NCBI GenBank assembly: GCA_030431855.1
Contig: JAUIII010000001.1
Span: forward strand, 25,089 to 89,088
Reading direction: 5' to 3'
Source of the DNA: a bacterium
GTDB taxonomy: Bacteria; Patescibacteriota; Saccharimonadia; Saccharimonadales; Saccharimonadaceae
Length of the DNA: 64,000 bases
Both the position numbers and the translations under genes were made by a program. This document shows, piece after piece, positions 36,377 to 45,951 of the stretch. The notes under the pieces were generated by a model. That model ran no database searches and was not told where the DNA came from. It worked only from the letters and a program-made list of their open reading frames with translations. How positions within the stretch are numbered: the stretch's first letter is position 1; each line of letters opens with the position of its first letter.

Positions 36377-37882
36377 ATGGCAACACTACAAGATTACAGA
36401 GACGAGCGACTGAAAAAGCTCGAGAGTTTGAAAAGTTTGGGTATTGATCCGTACCCTGCAAAAGCAAACCGCACACATATGACTGGTGATGTGTTGGAAA
36501 AATTTGCCGAACTGAGTGGGCAGACGGTGACGATTGCTGGTAGGATTGCCGCGCTGAGAAAATTCGGCAAGCTGGCGTTTATCGTCGTCCGCGACGAATC
36601 TGGCCAAATCCAATTGTTTCTGCATGGCCCTGATGTCGACGCACTTGATGCCTCGAATGGAGTGCTTGGTATGGATCAGGTGGGGCTGCTCGATACCGGT
36701 GATTTTATAGAAGCAACTGGCGAAGTGATTACGACGAAAACGGGCGAGAAATCAGTGGGAGTAAAAACACTGCGGTTGCTCACGAAATCACTGCGACCGA
36801 TGCCAACAGAGCTGACGAACAAAGAAGAACGCTTCCGTCGCCGCTATGTTGATATGAATGTGAACACAGATGTGCGGGAACGCTTTCGTCGGCGTAGTGT
36901 TTTTTGGCAAGCAACGCGTGACTTTTTAAACGACCATGGCTTTGTAGAGATTAATATTCCCGTGCTTGAGCACACTACCGGTGGCGCTGATGCCAACCCA
37001 TTCGTGACACACATGGATGCGCTGGATAACCAGCAGTTTTATCTGCGAATAAGCCACGAGCTGCCCTTGAAGCGTTTGATAGGTGCTGGGTTTGAAAAGG
37101 TGTACGATCTTGGCCCTCGTTTTAGAAACGAAAATTACAGCGACGAACATCTTCCTGAACACATTGCCATGGAGTGGTACTGGGCATATGCCAACTGGCA
37201 AGATGGTATGAAGTTCATGGAAGAAATGTACAAGGTGACACTGGAAAAAACCTTCGGCACATTGCAGTTCAAGCTCGGTAATTTTGATGTAGATATGAGC
37301 GGTGAGTGGGAAGTGTGGGATTATGCCACAGTGATAAAAGATCGCTACGGCATTGACGTATATGACACGACGATTGAAGAAGTTGCCGACAAGCTAAAAG
37401 AGAACGGTCTGGAAGTAGAAAAGACCGATTCGATTCCGCGTGGTGTCGACAAGCTGTGGAAGCATATTCGCAAAGACGTAGCTGGGCCAGTGTGGCTAGT
37501 AAATACGCCAAAGTTTATCAGTCCGCTAGCGAAAACCAACCCCGAAGATGATAGGGTGGTAGAGCGGTTCCAACCAGTAATTGCCGGAAGCGAACTAGGC
37601 AATGGTTTTAGTGAATTAAACGACCCGATTGACCAGTTGAATCGCTTTACCGAACAGCAAGCGATGCGTGATGCTGGCGATGATGAAGCGATGATGCTCG
37701 ATATTGATTATGTAGAAATGTTGGAATACGGCATGCCTCCAGCTTGTGGGTGGGGTCACAGCGAACGGGTGTTTTGGATTTTTGAAGGCGTGACTGCACG
37801 CGAGGGCGTGCCATTTCCTCAGCTAAAACACGAAATCGATGAAACAACGCGCTCATTATATCCTGACGTAACGTTTGATTAG
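36377..37882 (+). CDS. lysS: Lysyl-tRNA synthetase, class II
   Basis: OB-fold N-domain and class II motif 2 GPRFRNENYSDEHLPEHIAMEWY. TATACT lies 7 nt upstream of the ATG. Confidence 0.95.
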   Translation: MATLQDYRDERLKKLESLKSLGIDPYPAKANRTHMTGDVLEKFAELSGQTVTIAGRIAALRKFGKLAFIVVRDESGQIQLFLHGPDVDALDASNGVLGMDQVGLLDTGDFIEATGEVITTKTGEKSVGVKTLRLLTKSLRPMPTELTNKEERFRRRYVDMNVNTDVRERFRRRSVFWQATRDFLNDHGFVEINIPVLEHTTGGADANPFVTHMDALDNQQFYLRISHELPLKRLIGAGFEKVYDLGPRFRNENYSDEHLPEHIAMEWYWAYANWQDGMKFMEEMYKVTLEKTFGTLQFKLGNFDVDMSGEWEVWDYATVIKDRYGIDVYDTTIEEVADKLKENGLEVEKTDSIPRGVDKLWKHIRKDVAGPVWLVNTPKFISPLAKTNPEDDRVVERFQPVIAGSELGNGFSELNDPIDQLNRFTEQQAMRDAGDDEAMMLDIDYVEMLEYGMPPACGWGHSERVFWIFEGVTAREGVPFPQLKHEIDETTRSLYPDVTFD

Positions 37883-37936
37883 TTTTCAGTGATTTCTCAG
37901 CTTTGGTCGCTATTATAGACACGGAAGGTGAACGTT

Positions 37937-38248
37937 ATGGCAAAAAAAGACGAGAAAGAAGCGAAAAAAGCATCTGTAGAGAAGGATGAGGTGGAGAAGA
38001 AATCCACGGCACACACTGCAAAGCAGGAGACGCCCGCGAAAGACGACGCAGCAGGACAACTGCAAAACTTGAAAGTAACAACAATTGTCCTTGCTGGAGT
38101 GGTGGTAGTAATGTTCTTATGGCTCGGCTGGTTAACAGCGAGGGTTCACCAGTACGAAGAAAGTGGACAGGGTAGCTACTGGCCTCGAGAGATGATGCAC
38201 CAGAATAGCGACGAAGGCTACGGCAATCGCAACTGGCAATTTCGATAG
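37937..38248 (+). CDS. Hypothetical single-TM protein with a K/E-rich N-terminus
   Basis: GGAAGG lies 8 nt upstream of the ATG at 37937. There is one hydrophobic helix. Confidence 0.5.
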   Translation: MAKKDEKEAKKASVEKDEVEKKSTAHTAKQETPAKDDAAGQLQNLKVTTIVLAGVVVVMFLWLGWLTARVHQYEESGQGSYWPREMMHQNSDEGYGNRNWQFR

Positions 38249-38282
38249 ATGATATATCTATGAGCTGATACAATGTCAGTAG

Positions 38283-40040
38283 ATGAAGCGTCTACTGTGG
38301 GGTATCGGGGTGCTGCTACTGGCGTCGGCTGTAACGACGCCAACCTTTGCATCGACGAATGATTTCCGTTTCAAGAGTTTTGAGGCGGATTATTATTTAG
38401 ATATAGACTCAGAGGGACGTTCGACATTAAAAACAGTGGAACAGCTCGTGGCTGTCTTTCCTGATTACGACCAAAACCATGGCATTGAACGAGCGATACC
38501 AAAGGAGTACGATGGTCATTCAACGAGTCTGAAGATTGAATCAGTCACTGATGAAGCAAATGTGCCGCTGAACTACACGACGTATACAACGAATGGTACT
38601 CTGGTTCTTCGCATAGGTGACAAGGACACCTACGTGCACGGAGAGCAACAGTATACGATTACGTACACTCAACGTGATGTTACAAAGTATTTTTCAGATA
38701 CAAACGACGATGAATTTTATTGGGACACCAATGGTTTACTATGGCCACAGCCATTCGAGAGCGTTGCCGCGAGAGTCCAGGTGAGTCACATCTTACAAGA
38801 CAAGCTGACGGGTCAGCAAAACTGCGTGTATGGCACATCAGGCAGCGACGCGCCGTGTCAGATTAAAGCGAGCGGTGACGGTATATTCGCTGCGAGTACG
38901 CCTCGAGCTTTACAGCCATTTGAGAACATGACGATTGCCATCGGTTTTCAGCCACGCACTTTTACAGAGTACGAGCCGAGTCTATTTGAACGGCTGTTCA
39001 CGATATGGGTAATTGTGCAGGGCTTCGCGGTCGTTGCCAGCACCCTTATTACTGGATGGATACTGATATGGTTCTATCGTAGATATAATCGCACAAAGGA
39101 GCTAAGTGCCGTGCCACCCGAGTACACGCCACCAAAAGATATTTCCGTGACGACAGCAGCGAAACTGTTGGGAAGTGCTGCACAATCCGTCATGGCAGCT
39201 CAGTTGATTGATCTTGCCGTCCGGCACTATGTGAAGATTCATGAAGTGAAAGAGAAGTCATTTTTCTCGCCTGCGGAATATGAAATTGAAATTATTCGAT
39301 CGCCGAAAGACCTAACCTGGGAAGAGAAAGAGCTGTTAAGTGACACGTTTGGATCGTTGCCTAGTATCGGTCAACGGCTAAACTTAAAGACTTTGAAAAA
39401 CAGCACAAGTTACTACAAGCGTACGTTGAATAACGACTCGGATCTGACGAAACTGATTCGAGATGAGTACGGACTACGCTCGAAAGATCAAGTACTTAGT
39501 GCTCGGTTGAAAAGGGTCGCAGCGATAAGTCTAGCCATTAGTCTTTTGACTATCTCGCCAGCACTACTGGTACTGCCCATACTAGCGTTTGCGCTGTCGT
39601 TTATGACTTGGCCATTAACCGATAAAGGGCTCGAACTAAAACGCTACCTGCTGGGATTGAAAGACTATGTAGGTCTAGCTGAAGCACAGAGGCTAGAGGC
39701 ACTGCAAAGCCCGCAAGGCGTCGAAAAAGTTGGTGCAGGGGTGGGCAAAGACGTAAAGAAACGACTCGTACTATACGAAAAGACGCTACCTTATGCGATA
39801 TTGTTTGGCCAAGAAAAAGCGTGGAATAGAGAAATCGGCGCGTATTACGAACAAGCCAATACACAGCCAGACTGGTACAATGCTCGCTCGGGCGTGTTTC
39901 ATGCTGCCGCCTTTAGTAGCGCGGTAACGAACTTTAGCAGCGCCACCAGTTATGCGTCATCAAGCAGCTCTAGTTCTGGCGGTACAGGAGGCGGTTCGTC
40001 AGGCGGTGGCGGTGGCGGTGGTGGTGGTGGCGGCTGGTAA
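38283..40040 (+). CDS. DUF2207-family membrane protein with a C-terminal Ser/Gly tail
   Basis: Signal peptide, about 220-aa exported N-domain, TM helices, a cytoplasmic region, and a terminal SSSSSSGGTGGGSSGGGGGGGGGGGW tail, as seen in DUF2207 proteins. Confidence 0.7.
   Translation: MKRLLWGIGVLLLASAVTTPTFASTNDFRFKSFEADYYLDIDSEGRSTLKTVEQLVAVFPDYDQNHGIERAIPKEYDGHSTSLKIESVTDEANVPLNYTTYTTNGTLVLRIGDKDTYVHGEQQYTITYTQRDVTKYFSDTNDDEFYWDTNGLLWPQPFESVAARVQVSHILQDKLTGQQNCVYGTSGSDAPCQIKASGDGIFAASTPRALQPFENMTIAIGFQPRTFTEYEPSLFERLFTIWVIVQGFAVVASTLITGWILIWFYRRYNRTKELSAVPPEYTPPKDISVTTAAKLLGSAAQSVMAAQLIDLAVRHYVKIHEVKEKSFFSPAEYEIEIIRSPKDLTWEEKELLSDTFGSLPSIGQRLNLKTLKNSTSYYKRTLNNDSDLTKLIRDEYGLRSKDQVLSARLKRVAAISLAISLLTISPALLVLPILAFALSFMTWPLTDKGLELKRYLLGLKDYVGLAEAQRLEALQSPQGVEKVGAGVGKDVKKRLVLYEKTLPYAILFGQEKAWNREIGAYYEQANTQPDWYNARSGVFHAAAFSSAVTNFSSATSYASSSSSSSGGTGGGSSGGGGGGGGGGGW
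40002..40034 (+). repeat. Run of 11 consecutive GGY glycine codons
   Basis: ggcggtggcggtggcggtggtggtggtggcggc lies in frame at the 3' end of the DUF2207 gene. Confidence 0.9.
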
Positions 40041-40108
40041 GTCTGGCCGATAGCCAATTGAAAACAGACCGCAAGTGACATACAATGGAGAGTAACAAAG
40101 GGGGACAT

Positions 40109-41290
40109 ATGAAAATAAAATATGGTGCGACAGCGTTTCTTACTGCATGTTTGGTGGTGGGAGTCGTTTTTGTAGCAAATGTATCTGCAGGCGCATTGTA
40201 TCTTGCAAATGACAAGGGCAATGCCACGGTAGAGAAAAATCAAGTCGTGAACGGCGCTGCGTATCTTGCAGGCAACACTGTCACGGTAGACGGTACTGTA
40301 AACGGCGACCTATATTGTGCAGGTAATTCCGTGGCCGTACGGGGTACGGTTTCAGGAGATGTATTGTGCGCAGGTAACGATGTGAGTATTGATGGCGTTG
40401 TAAAGGGTGACGTACGCGTTGCTGGTGCAACCGTGACACTTGGAGGAGAAGTAACTGGGAACGCGACTGTTGCAGGCTCTAATGTCACCGCAAGTTCGTC
40501 GCTCAAGCTTGGCCGCGACTTAACTGGAGGCGCAAGTACGCTAAAAATCGATGGCGAGATTGGACGTGACATGACTGCTGGTACCAGCGCGCTTGTCGTC
40601 AATGGTACGGTAGGCCGCAACGTGGAAAGTGGTTTTGGTAGCGTTGCCTTCGGTAATGAGGCAAAAGTTGGCGGCGATTTCAGCTACAGTGCACAAAAAG
40701 AAGCATCAGTTCCGACCAACGTTGTGGCTGGTGAAACTAAGTTTACGATGGTTGAGGACGGCGGCCAGGCAAGTGTCGGCCAAGTATCTACGTTTTGGGG
40801 TGTTGGCATGGCGATAGCGATTGCTGTCGTGGCTCTGCTTGGCGCAGTAGTGATGCCTCGTCAGGTTCATGCGACGGCCAGTCCAACGTGGGGTAAGTTT
40901 GCCGCCGCGCTGACGCTTGGTTTTGTAGCCGTGTTCATGACACCAGTCGCCACGCTACTGTTCTTCGTAACTGGTATTGGTGCGATTGCTGGCTACGCCT
41001 TAGTACTCATGTGGCTACTGCTCATGGCGTTATCACCAGTATTCGTGGCTTACTTTATTGGCTCACGCGTGTACGGCTCTAATAGCCAAAACATCTTAGT
41101 TCGTTCGTTGGCGGGTGCATTTGTGCTCGTGATTTTACTCCTCATCCCAGGAGTAAACGTAGCAAGCTTCCTTGTAATGTTATTCGCTGGTGTGGGAATG
41201 GTGCTGATGCAGGTGCCGAAACTATATCATGGCGATGCGTATCAGGCATCTAAGAAACCTGTTGTTAAGGCCAAGAAGAAAACTGCATGA
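40109..41290 (+). CDS. Membrane protein with an exported bactofilin-like (polymer-forming cytoskeletal, beta-helix repeat) domain and 4-5 C-terminal TM helices
   Basis: Signal peptide, then repeats of the type GNTVTVDGTVNGDLYCAGNSVAVRGTVSGDVLCAGNDVSIDGVVKGDVRVAG. AAAGGGGGA SD lies upstream of the ATG at 40109. Confidence 0.7.
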   Translation: MKIKYGATAFLTACLVVGVVFVANVSAGALYLANDKGNATVEKNQVVNGAAYLAGNTVTVDGTVNGDLYCAGNSVAVRGTVSGDVLCAGNDVSIDGVVKGDVRVAGATVTLGGEVTGNATVAGSNVTASSSLKLGRDLTGGASTLKIDGEIGRDMTAGTSALVVNGTVGRNVESGFGSVAFGNEAKVGGDFSYSAQKEASVPTNVVAGETKFTMVEDGGQASVGQVSTFWGVGMAIAIAVVALLGAVVMPRQVHATASPTWGKFAAALTLGFVAVFMTPVATLLFFVTGIGAIAGYALVLMWLLLMALSPVFVAYFIGSRVYGSNSQNILVRSLAGAFVLVILLLIPGVNVASFLVMLFAGVGMVLMQVPKLYHGDAYQASKKPVVKAKKKTA

Positions 41291-42021
41291 TACAACTCGA
41301 AAACGTCTCAAAGGTCTATGGAAAAAAAGACCGAGCTTTTACAGCGCTCGACGATATTAGCTTAACCATAGAAGATGGCAGTAGTGTCGCAATTGTCGGC
41401 AAGTCTGGCAGCGGTAAGAGTACGCTGATGCACGTTATGAGTGGCCTGGATCGTGCAAGCAGTGGTACGGTCACTATCGATGGTCAGGACATATCGAAGT
41501 TAAAAAACAAAGCACTTGATAGTTTCCGCGCAGAAAAAATTGGCTTTATATTTCAGGCATTCTTCGTGCAGGCAAACGAAACGTGCGCGCAGAATATCAG
41601 CTTACCTCTCGAGATCATGAAGGTAAAGCGTTTCAGTAGAAAGAAACGAGTGCAGGCTGCACTGCAGGCGGTGGAGCTTACGGACAAGGCAAACGAAAAA
41701 GCCAAGAATCTGTCTGGTGGGCAAAAGCAACGCTTGGCAATTGCCAGGGCAATAGCGAATAAACCACGTATTTTATTTGCCGATGAGCCAACCGGCAACC
41801 TTGACAGTGTCACCGGAGAAATGGTTGAAAACTTATTGTTTTCATTTACGAAAAAGCTAGGCTCAACGTTGGTTATCGTAACGCACGATACCGACTTGGC
41901 AGCCAAGTGCGACCACCAAGTGTTTATAAAAGACGGTAAAATTGTGCACCAGTCTAGCAAACAAGTGATAGCACCTGCCAAAAAACCACCAGCTAAAAAG
42001 AAAGTGGCGAAAAAAGTATGA
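41287..42021 (+). CDS. ABC transporter ATP-binding protein (MacB/LolD/FtsE-like)
   Basis: Walker A GKSGSGKST, LSGGQKQR and ILFADEPTGNLD. ATGA overlap with the upstream gene. Confidence 0.9.
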   Translation: MIQLENVSKVYGKKDRAFTALDDISLTIEDGSSVAIVGKSGSGKSTLMHVMSGLDRASSGTVTIDGQDISKLKNKALDSFRAEKIGFIFQAFFVQANETCAQNISLPLEIMKVKRFSRKKRVQAALQAVELTDKANEKAKNLSGGQKQRLAIARAIANKPRILFADEPTGNLDSVTGEMVENLLFSFTKKLGSTLVIVTHDTDLAAKCDHQVFIKDGKIVHQSSKQVIAPAKKPPAKKKVAKKV

Positions 42022-43397
42022 AATTACGCGATATATTTACTCGAGCTGGTCGGAGCCTTCGCAGCGCAAAGGGGCGTACAATTCTTACGAGCCTTGCTAT
42101 TGCCGTTGGTGCATTCACTCTTACACTCAGCCTGGCGGCGGGCGAAGGCGCACGACAGTATGCGGATAAACTTATTTCAAGCAACGTTGATCCACAAAGT
42201 ATTTTTATTGTGAAAGACGACAGCGTATTTGGCGCTGGCCCGGGAGGCGGCTTGAAAGAATATTCCGCGACTGCTACGCAATATGGTGGCATATCTTTTA
42301 AAACACTTTCGAACGAAGACTTAGAAATCGTTCGTGGCGTAGACGGTGTCGCTTCGGCCACCCCCACCTATATCGTAAATGCAGAATACGTGACATTTGA
42401 AGGCAAGAAAACAAAGTATACAACTGATATTACGGCCTACGACCCAAGCGTTCGCTCGGAGGTAGCGGCGGGTAATCTGCCACCGCTAGGCCAGCAAATA
42501 GAGACCGACAGCGTGGTCGTTCCTGAGGTGTACGCAGAGCAACTAAAGATAAAGCCAGCTGATTTGATTGGCAAAATTGTGACGCTTCGACTGGTGAAAA
42601 CGGCCGAGCAATTGTCGCAAAAACAAATCGAGCAGATTATTAAGAAAGATGGTGTAAAAGCACTGCGTAAGCGTTTGGCTGCGCAAAGCAAGGACGTGAT
42701 GCTAACAGTGAGCGCCGTAAGCGGTAAATCAAGTACAGCGTTGTCAACGAGTAGCGGGCTGTTCATCTCTGAAAAGAAGGCGAAAGAACTTTCGGACTAC
42801 CTTACGAAAGGGACAGATCAGTATCAGCAATATGTGAGCGCGACTGTACGAGTAAAAGATGGCTATAAGCCAGAAGATGTCAAACAATCGTTTAAGAAGG
42901 CGTATCAGGACGCGGGCAACGACGGCTATATCGGTGCAAAAACCGCCGAAGACCTGCAGAGTTTGTTGTTTACGATAGTGAATACACTGCAGGGAATTGT
43001 GGCTGGTTTTGGCGTGATAGCCTTGATTGCCAGTGTGTTCGGCATCATTAATACACAATACATCTCGGTGCTTGAACGAACGCGCGAAATCGGACTGATG
43101 AAAGCGCTTGGTATGCGCGGACGTCATGTCAGCCGTTTGTTTCAGTTTGAAGCCGCCTGGATTGGTTTGCTGGGTGGCGTGATTGGCGCGGCGGGAGCAT
43201 GGGCCGTGGGTACATTGCTCAACCCATGGATAACAGAGTCGCTTAGTCTGGGAGAGGGCAATCATCTGCTCGTGTTCCAGATTATCCCAGTCATTATCTT
43301 GGTCGCGAGTCTGGTAGCCATCGCCATGCTTGCCGGTTGGTTCCCAGCGCGCAAAGCTGCCAAGCTTGACCCAATTGAAGCCCTACGAACAGAGTAG
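42018..43397 (+). CDS. ABC transporter permease, FtsX/MacB-type
   Basis: N-terminal TM, a large extracytoplasmic domain and a C-terminal FtsX-like 3-TM bundle. ATGA overlap with the ATPase gene. Confidence 0.85.
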   Translation: MKLRDIFTRAGRSLRSAKGRTILTSLAIAVGAFTLTLSLAAGEGARQYADKLISSNVDPQSIFIVKDDSVFGAGPGGGLKEYSATATQYGGISFKTLSNEDLEIVRGVDGVASATPTYIVNAEYVTFEGKKTKYTTDITAYDPSVRSEVAAGNLPPLGQQIETDSVVVPEVYAEQLKIKPADLIGKIVTLRLVKTAEQLSQKQIEQIIKKDGVKALRKRLAAQSKDVMLTVSAVSGKSSTALSTSSGLFISEKKAKELSDYLTKGTDQYQQYVSATVRVKDGYKPEDVKQSFKKAYQDAGNDGYIGAKTAEDLQSLLFTIVNTLQGIVAGFGVIALIASVFGIINTQYISVLERTREIGLMKALGMRGRHVSRLFQFEAAWIGLLGGVIGAAGAWAVGTLLNPWITESLSLGEGNHLLVFQIIPVIILVASLVAIAMLAGWFPARKAAKLDPIEALRTE

Positions 43398-43398
43398 A

Positions 43399-43427
43399 TT
43401 GACTTTTTAAAGCATAAGTGCTATAAT
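43399..43427 (+). promoter_or_regulatory. Near-consensus sigma70 promoter (TTGACT-17 nt-TATAAT, TG-extended)
   Basis: TTGACT at 43399..43404, TG at 43419..43420 and TATAAT at 43422..43427. The ATG follows 11 nt later with no SD. Confidence 0.65.
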
Positions 43428-43438
43428 AAAGCGTAGTT

Positions 43439-44125
43439 ATGTCAGAGCTATCTCGCATACATGTCGGTCGTGACCCAGTACCCCCAGACAATGAGCTGGT
43501 GGTTGATGGACGTGATGCTTTTACGGATACGGTAATGGCGCCACGTCAACATTTTCATGACATGCGTCTCAGCTGGGAGGATGATAGTATGCTCACAGAA
43601 ACGACAGAATCAGGAGCTATTATTTCGAAACAAGGTGTTACTCACGCCGATATCGAAGCTAGGGTCACCGCAGTATTAGACGATGCTAAGTCACGATTTC
43701 TTATTCCCGATGACGCATCGTTTTCTGGGTTTGATTTCTTAGCTCGAGACGAAGCCGGTAACGGATTCTTCATTCAGTCTCATGCAGATGCTGTCACGTG
43801 GATAGAGCTGAAAGGAAGTGCTGCAGGAGGCCCCACTGTCTCAGCAAAAGCAAAACGTCTCAAGGGAGTGGAATTTCAAATACCACCACAGAACCCCACA
43901 GCGCTTATTCGACTGTATGCGCGTAAAAAGGGAGTCAGAATGCCACTTACGAACGGGTCTGGTTCTGAAATAGCACGAGGTCAAGCGAAGCGCCTTGATG
44001 ATCACATCCGATTACTGAATCGACAAAACGAGAACTACGGCACACGTACATTCTCTATGCGTGAGCGACGTATAGGCCGCGTAATGCTTGGCACGGGCAT
44101 TGAAGAGCTTCGCCGCACGAGCTAG
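43439..44125 (+). CDS. Hypothetical soluble protein (228 aa)
   Basis: Uninterrupted ORF behind a near-consensus promoter. No recognised motif. Confidence 0.6.
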   Translation: MSELSRIHVGRDPVPPDNELVVDGRDAFTDTVMAPRQHFHDMRLSWEDDSMLTETTESGAIISKQGVTHADIEARVTAVLDDAKSRFLIPDDASFSGFDFLARDEAGNGFFIQSHADAVTWIELKGSAAGGPTVSAKAKRLKGVEFQIPPQNPTALIRLYARKKGVRMPLTNGSGSEIARGQAKRLDDHIRLLNRQNENYGTRTFSMRERRIGRVMLGTGIEELRRTS

Positions 44126-44171
44126 TCATTTTTGGTCGCGTAATCTGTGAAAATGCGCTATAATCAAGGCG

Positions 44172-45416
44172 ATGTTAGATATTCGTTTTATTCGGGAAAA
44201 CGCTGATAAGGTTCAAGAGTCTGCCAAACAAAAAGGCTACGATGTTTCTATTGCCGACTTGCTAAAGCTAGATGACGAGCGTCGCAGCTTGCAGCAACAG
44301 GTTGATGAACTGCGGGAAGCGCGCAACGCCAACGCAGCCAAAATGAAAGGCGGCAAGCCAGATCAAGCGACGATTGACGAAGGCAAACAGATAAAGATTG
44401 AGCTAGCTGAGCGTGAGAAATATCTCGAAAGTACTGACCTAGAGTACAAGAAACTACTTGAGTCAGTTCCAAACGTGACACAAGACGACGTGCCGCTAGG
44501 CGATGAAGAAGACAGTGTCGAAATAAAACAAGTTGGCGAGCAACATGAAGGTGCGGAAGATCATCTTGATTTCGCCCTGAACCGTGACTGGGTCGATTTT
44601 GAACGCGGCGCGAAAGTAGCCGGTACAAAGTTTTACTTCCTGAAAGATGAGTTAGCGCTGCTTGAGCAAGCACTCATCCAGTACGGTATTAATTTCGTGA
44701 CGCAAAAAGGCTTCCGTTTCCTAACGGTGCCACACATGGTTAACGCGCAGACCGCCGAAGGCGCTGGTTTTGCTCCAAAGGGTGATGATAGCGGTAACGA
44801 GTATTTTATCGAAGATACGAATCTCACCATGATTGGCACCGCGGAGGCGCCACTGACCGGCTATCATGCTGGTGAAATTCTGGACGAAAAAGACCTGCCA
44901 CTTTTGTATGCGGGCCTCAGCCCATGCTATCGAAAAGAAGCAGGAACCTACGGCAAGCACACTCGAGGCTTATTCCGCGTCCATCAGTTCAACAAACTCG
45001 AAATGTATGCATTTACGTTGCCCGAACAGAGTAATGAAATGCACGAACGTATTCTCGCGCTTGAAGAAGAGTTGTGGCAGAGCCTCGGTATTTCCTATCA
45101 CGTGATAAATATCGCAGCGGGTGATTTGGGCGCACCGGCTGCTAAGAAGTATGATGTTGAATACTGGTCGCCAGTCGATAAAACCTACCGTGAACTAACA
45201 AGCTGTAGTAACTGTACCGACTTTCAGGCGCGTAACCTCAATATTCGTGTTCGACGAACCGACGGAAAAGTAGAGGTTGTCCACACGTTGAATGGTACTG
45301 CCATCTCTCTTGCTCGGGGACTCATTACAATTTTGGAGAATTACCAAAATGACGACGGCACATTGCGTGTACCTGAGGTGTTAAAGCCATACCTCGGCGG
45401 GCGTGACGTTTTGTAA
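44172..45416 (+). CDS. serS: Seryl-tRNA synthetase
   Basis: N-terminal coiled-coil arm and class II motifs (CYRKEAGTYGKHTRGLFRVHQFNKLEMY). TATAAT lies 7 nt upstream of the ATG. Confidence 0.95.
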   Translation: MLDIRFIRENADKVQESAKQKGYDVSIADLLKLDDERRSLQQQVDELREARNANAAKMKGGKPDQATIDEGKQIKIELAEREKYLESTDLEYKKLLESVPNVTQDDVPLGDEEDSVEIKQVGEQHEGAEDHLDFALNRDWVDFERGAKVAGTKFYFLKDELALLEQALIQYGINFVTQKGFRFLTVPHMVNAQTAEGAGFAPKGDDSGNEYFIEDTNLTMIGTAEAPLTGYHAGEILDEKDLPLLYAGLSPCYRKEAGTYGKHTRGLFRVHQFNKLEMYAFTLPEQSNEMHERILALEEELWQSLGISYHVINIAAGDLGAPAAKKYDVEYWSPVDKTYRELTSCSNCTDFQARNLNIRVRRTDGKVEVVHTLNGTAISLARGLITILENYQNDDGTLRVPEVLKPYLGGRDVL

Positions 45417-45468
45417 AAACGGGAGTATAATAGAAGTACAGAATCCTTTAACTAAGAAGGAGGGGTAC

Positions 45469-45843
45469 ATGATTCAATCTATCAACGTAACGGGTGTCAA
45501 ATACGATCTCGATGACGCCACGAAAAAATACGTGATGAAAAAGATTGGTCGACTTGATCGGTTTCTACCACGGCACGCACGAAAAAGCGCGTCTGCCGAA
45601 GTAGTAATAAAAGAAGTAAACCGTTCTGGCGGAAACAAGTATGAGGCAGAGGTGGTAATGCATATACCAGACAAGCAGCTCACCGCCAAAGACAGTACGA
45701 TGAACGCGCTTGCAGCAATCGACATCGTTGAGGCAAAGCTAGCAAATCAGCTGCGCAAGTATAAAGACGCGCACGTGAGCCATATTGGTAAAACGCGCGC
45801 AGCGCTGAGTCGTTTCAAGCGAAGCTACGACCGCGAACAATAG
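45469..45843 (+). CDS. hpf: Ribosome hibernation promoting factor / RaiA family (short form)
   Basis: MIQSINVTGVKYDLDDATKKYVMKKIGRLDRF matches the HPF N-terminus. AAGGAGG SD lies upstream of the ATG at 45469. Confidence 0.8.
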   Translation: MIQSINVTGVKYDLDDATKKYVMKKIGRLDRFLPRHARKSASAEVVIKEVNRSGGNKYEAEVVMHIPDKQLTAKDSTMNALAAIDIVEAKLANQLRKYKDAHVSHIGKTRAALSRFKRSYDREQ

Positions 45844-45857
45844 CGAAACCATAGTAA

Positions 45858-45887
45858 AGAGGTGAAAATATACGTCACCTCTTTTTT
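45858..45887 (+). terminator. Intrinsic terminator after hpf
   Basis: AGAGGTGA / TCACCTCT stem with a 9-nt loop, followed by TTTTTT. Confidence 0.7.
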
Positions 45888-45951
45888 ATACCAACAAAAG
45901 AGCGTATAATAGAATGAGTTTCAAATACGAATTTCAGGAGTAGAAAAGACT

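Noticed and set aside
39950-40243. Minus-strand ORF encoding a poly-proline run
   Set aside because: The Pro run is simply the reverse complement of the in-frame Gly-codon run at the end of the DUF2207 gene.
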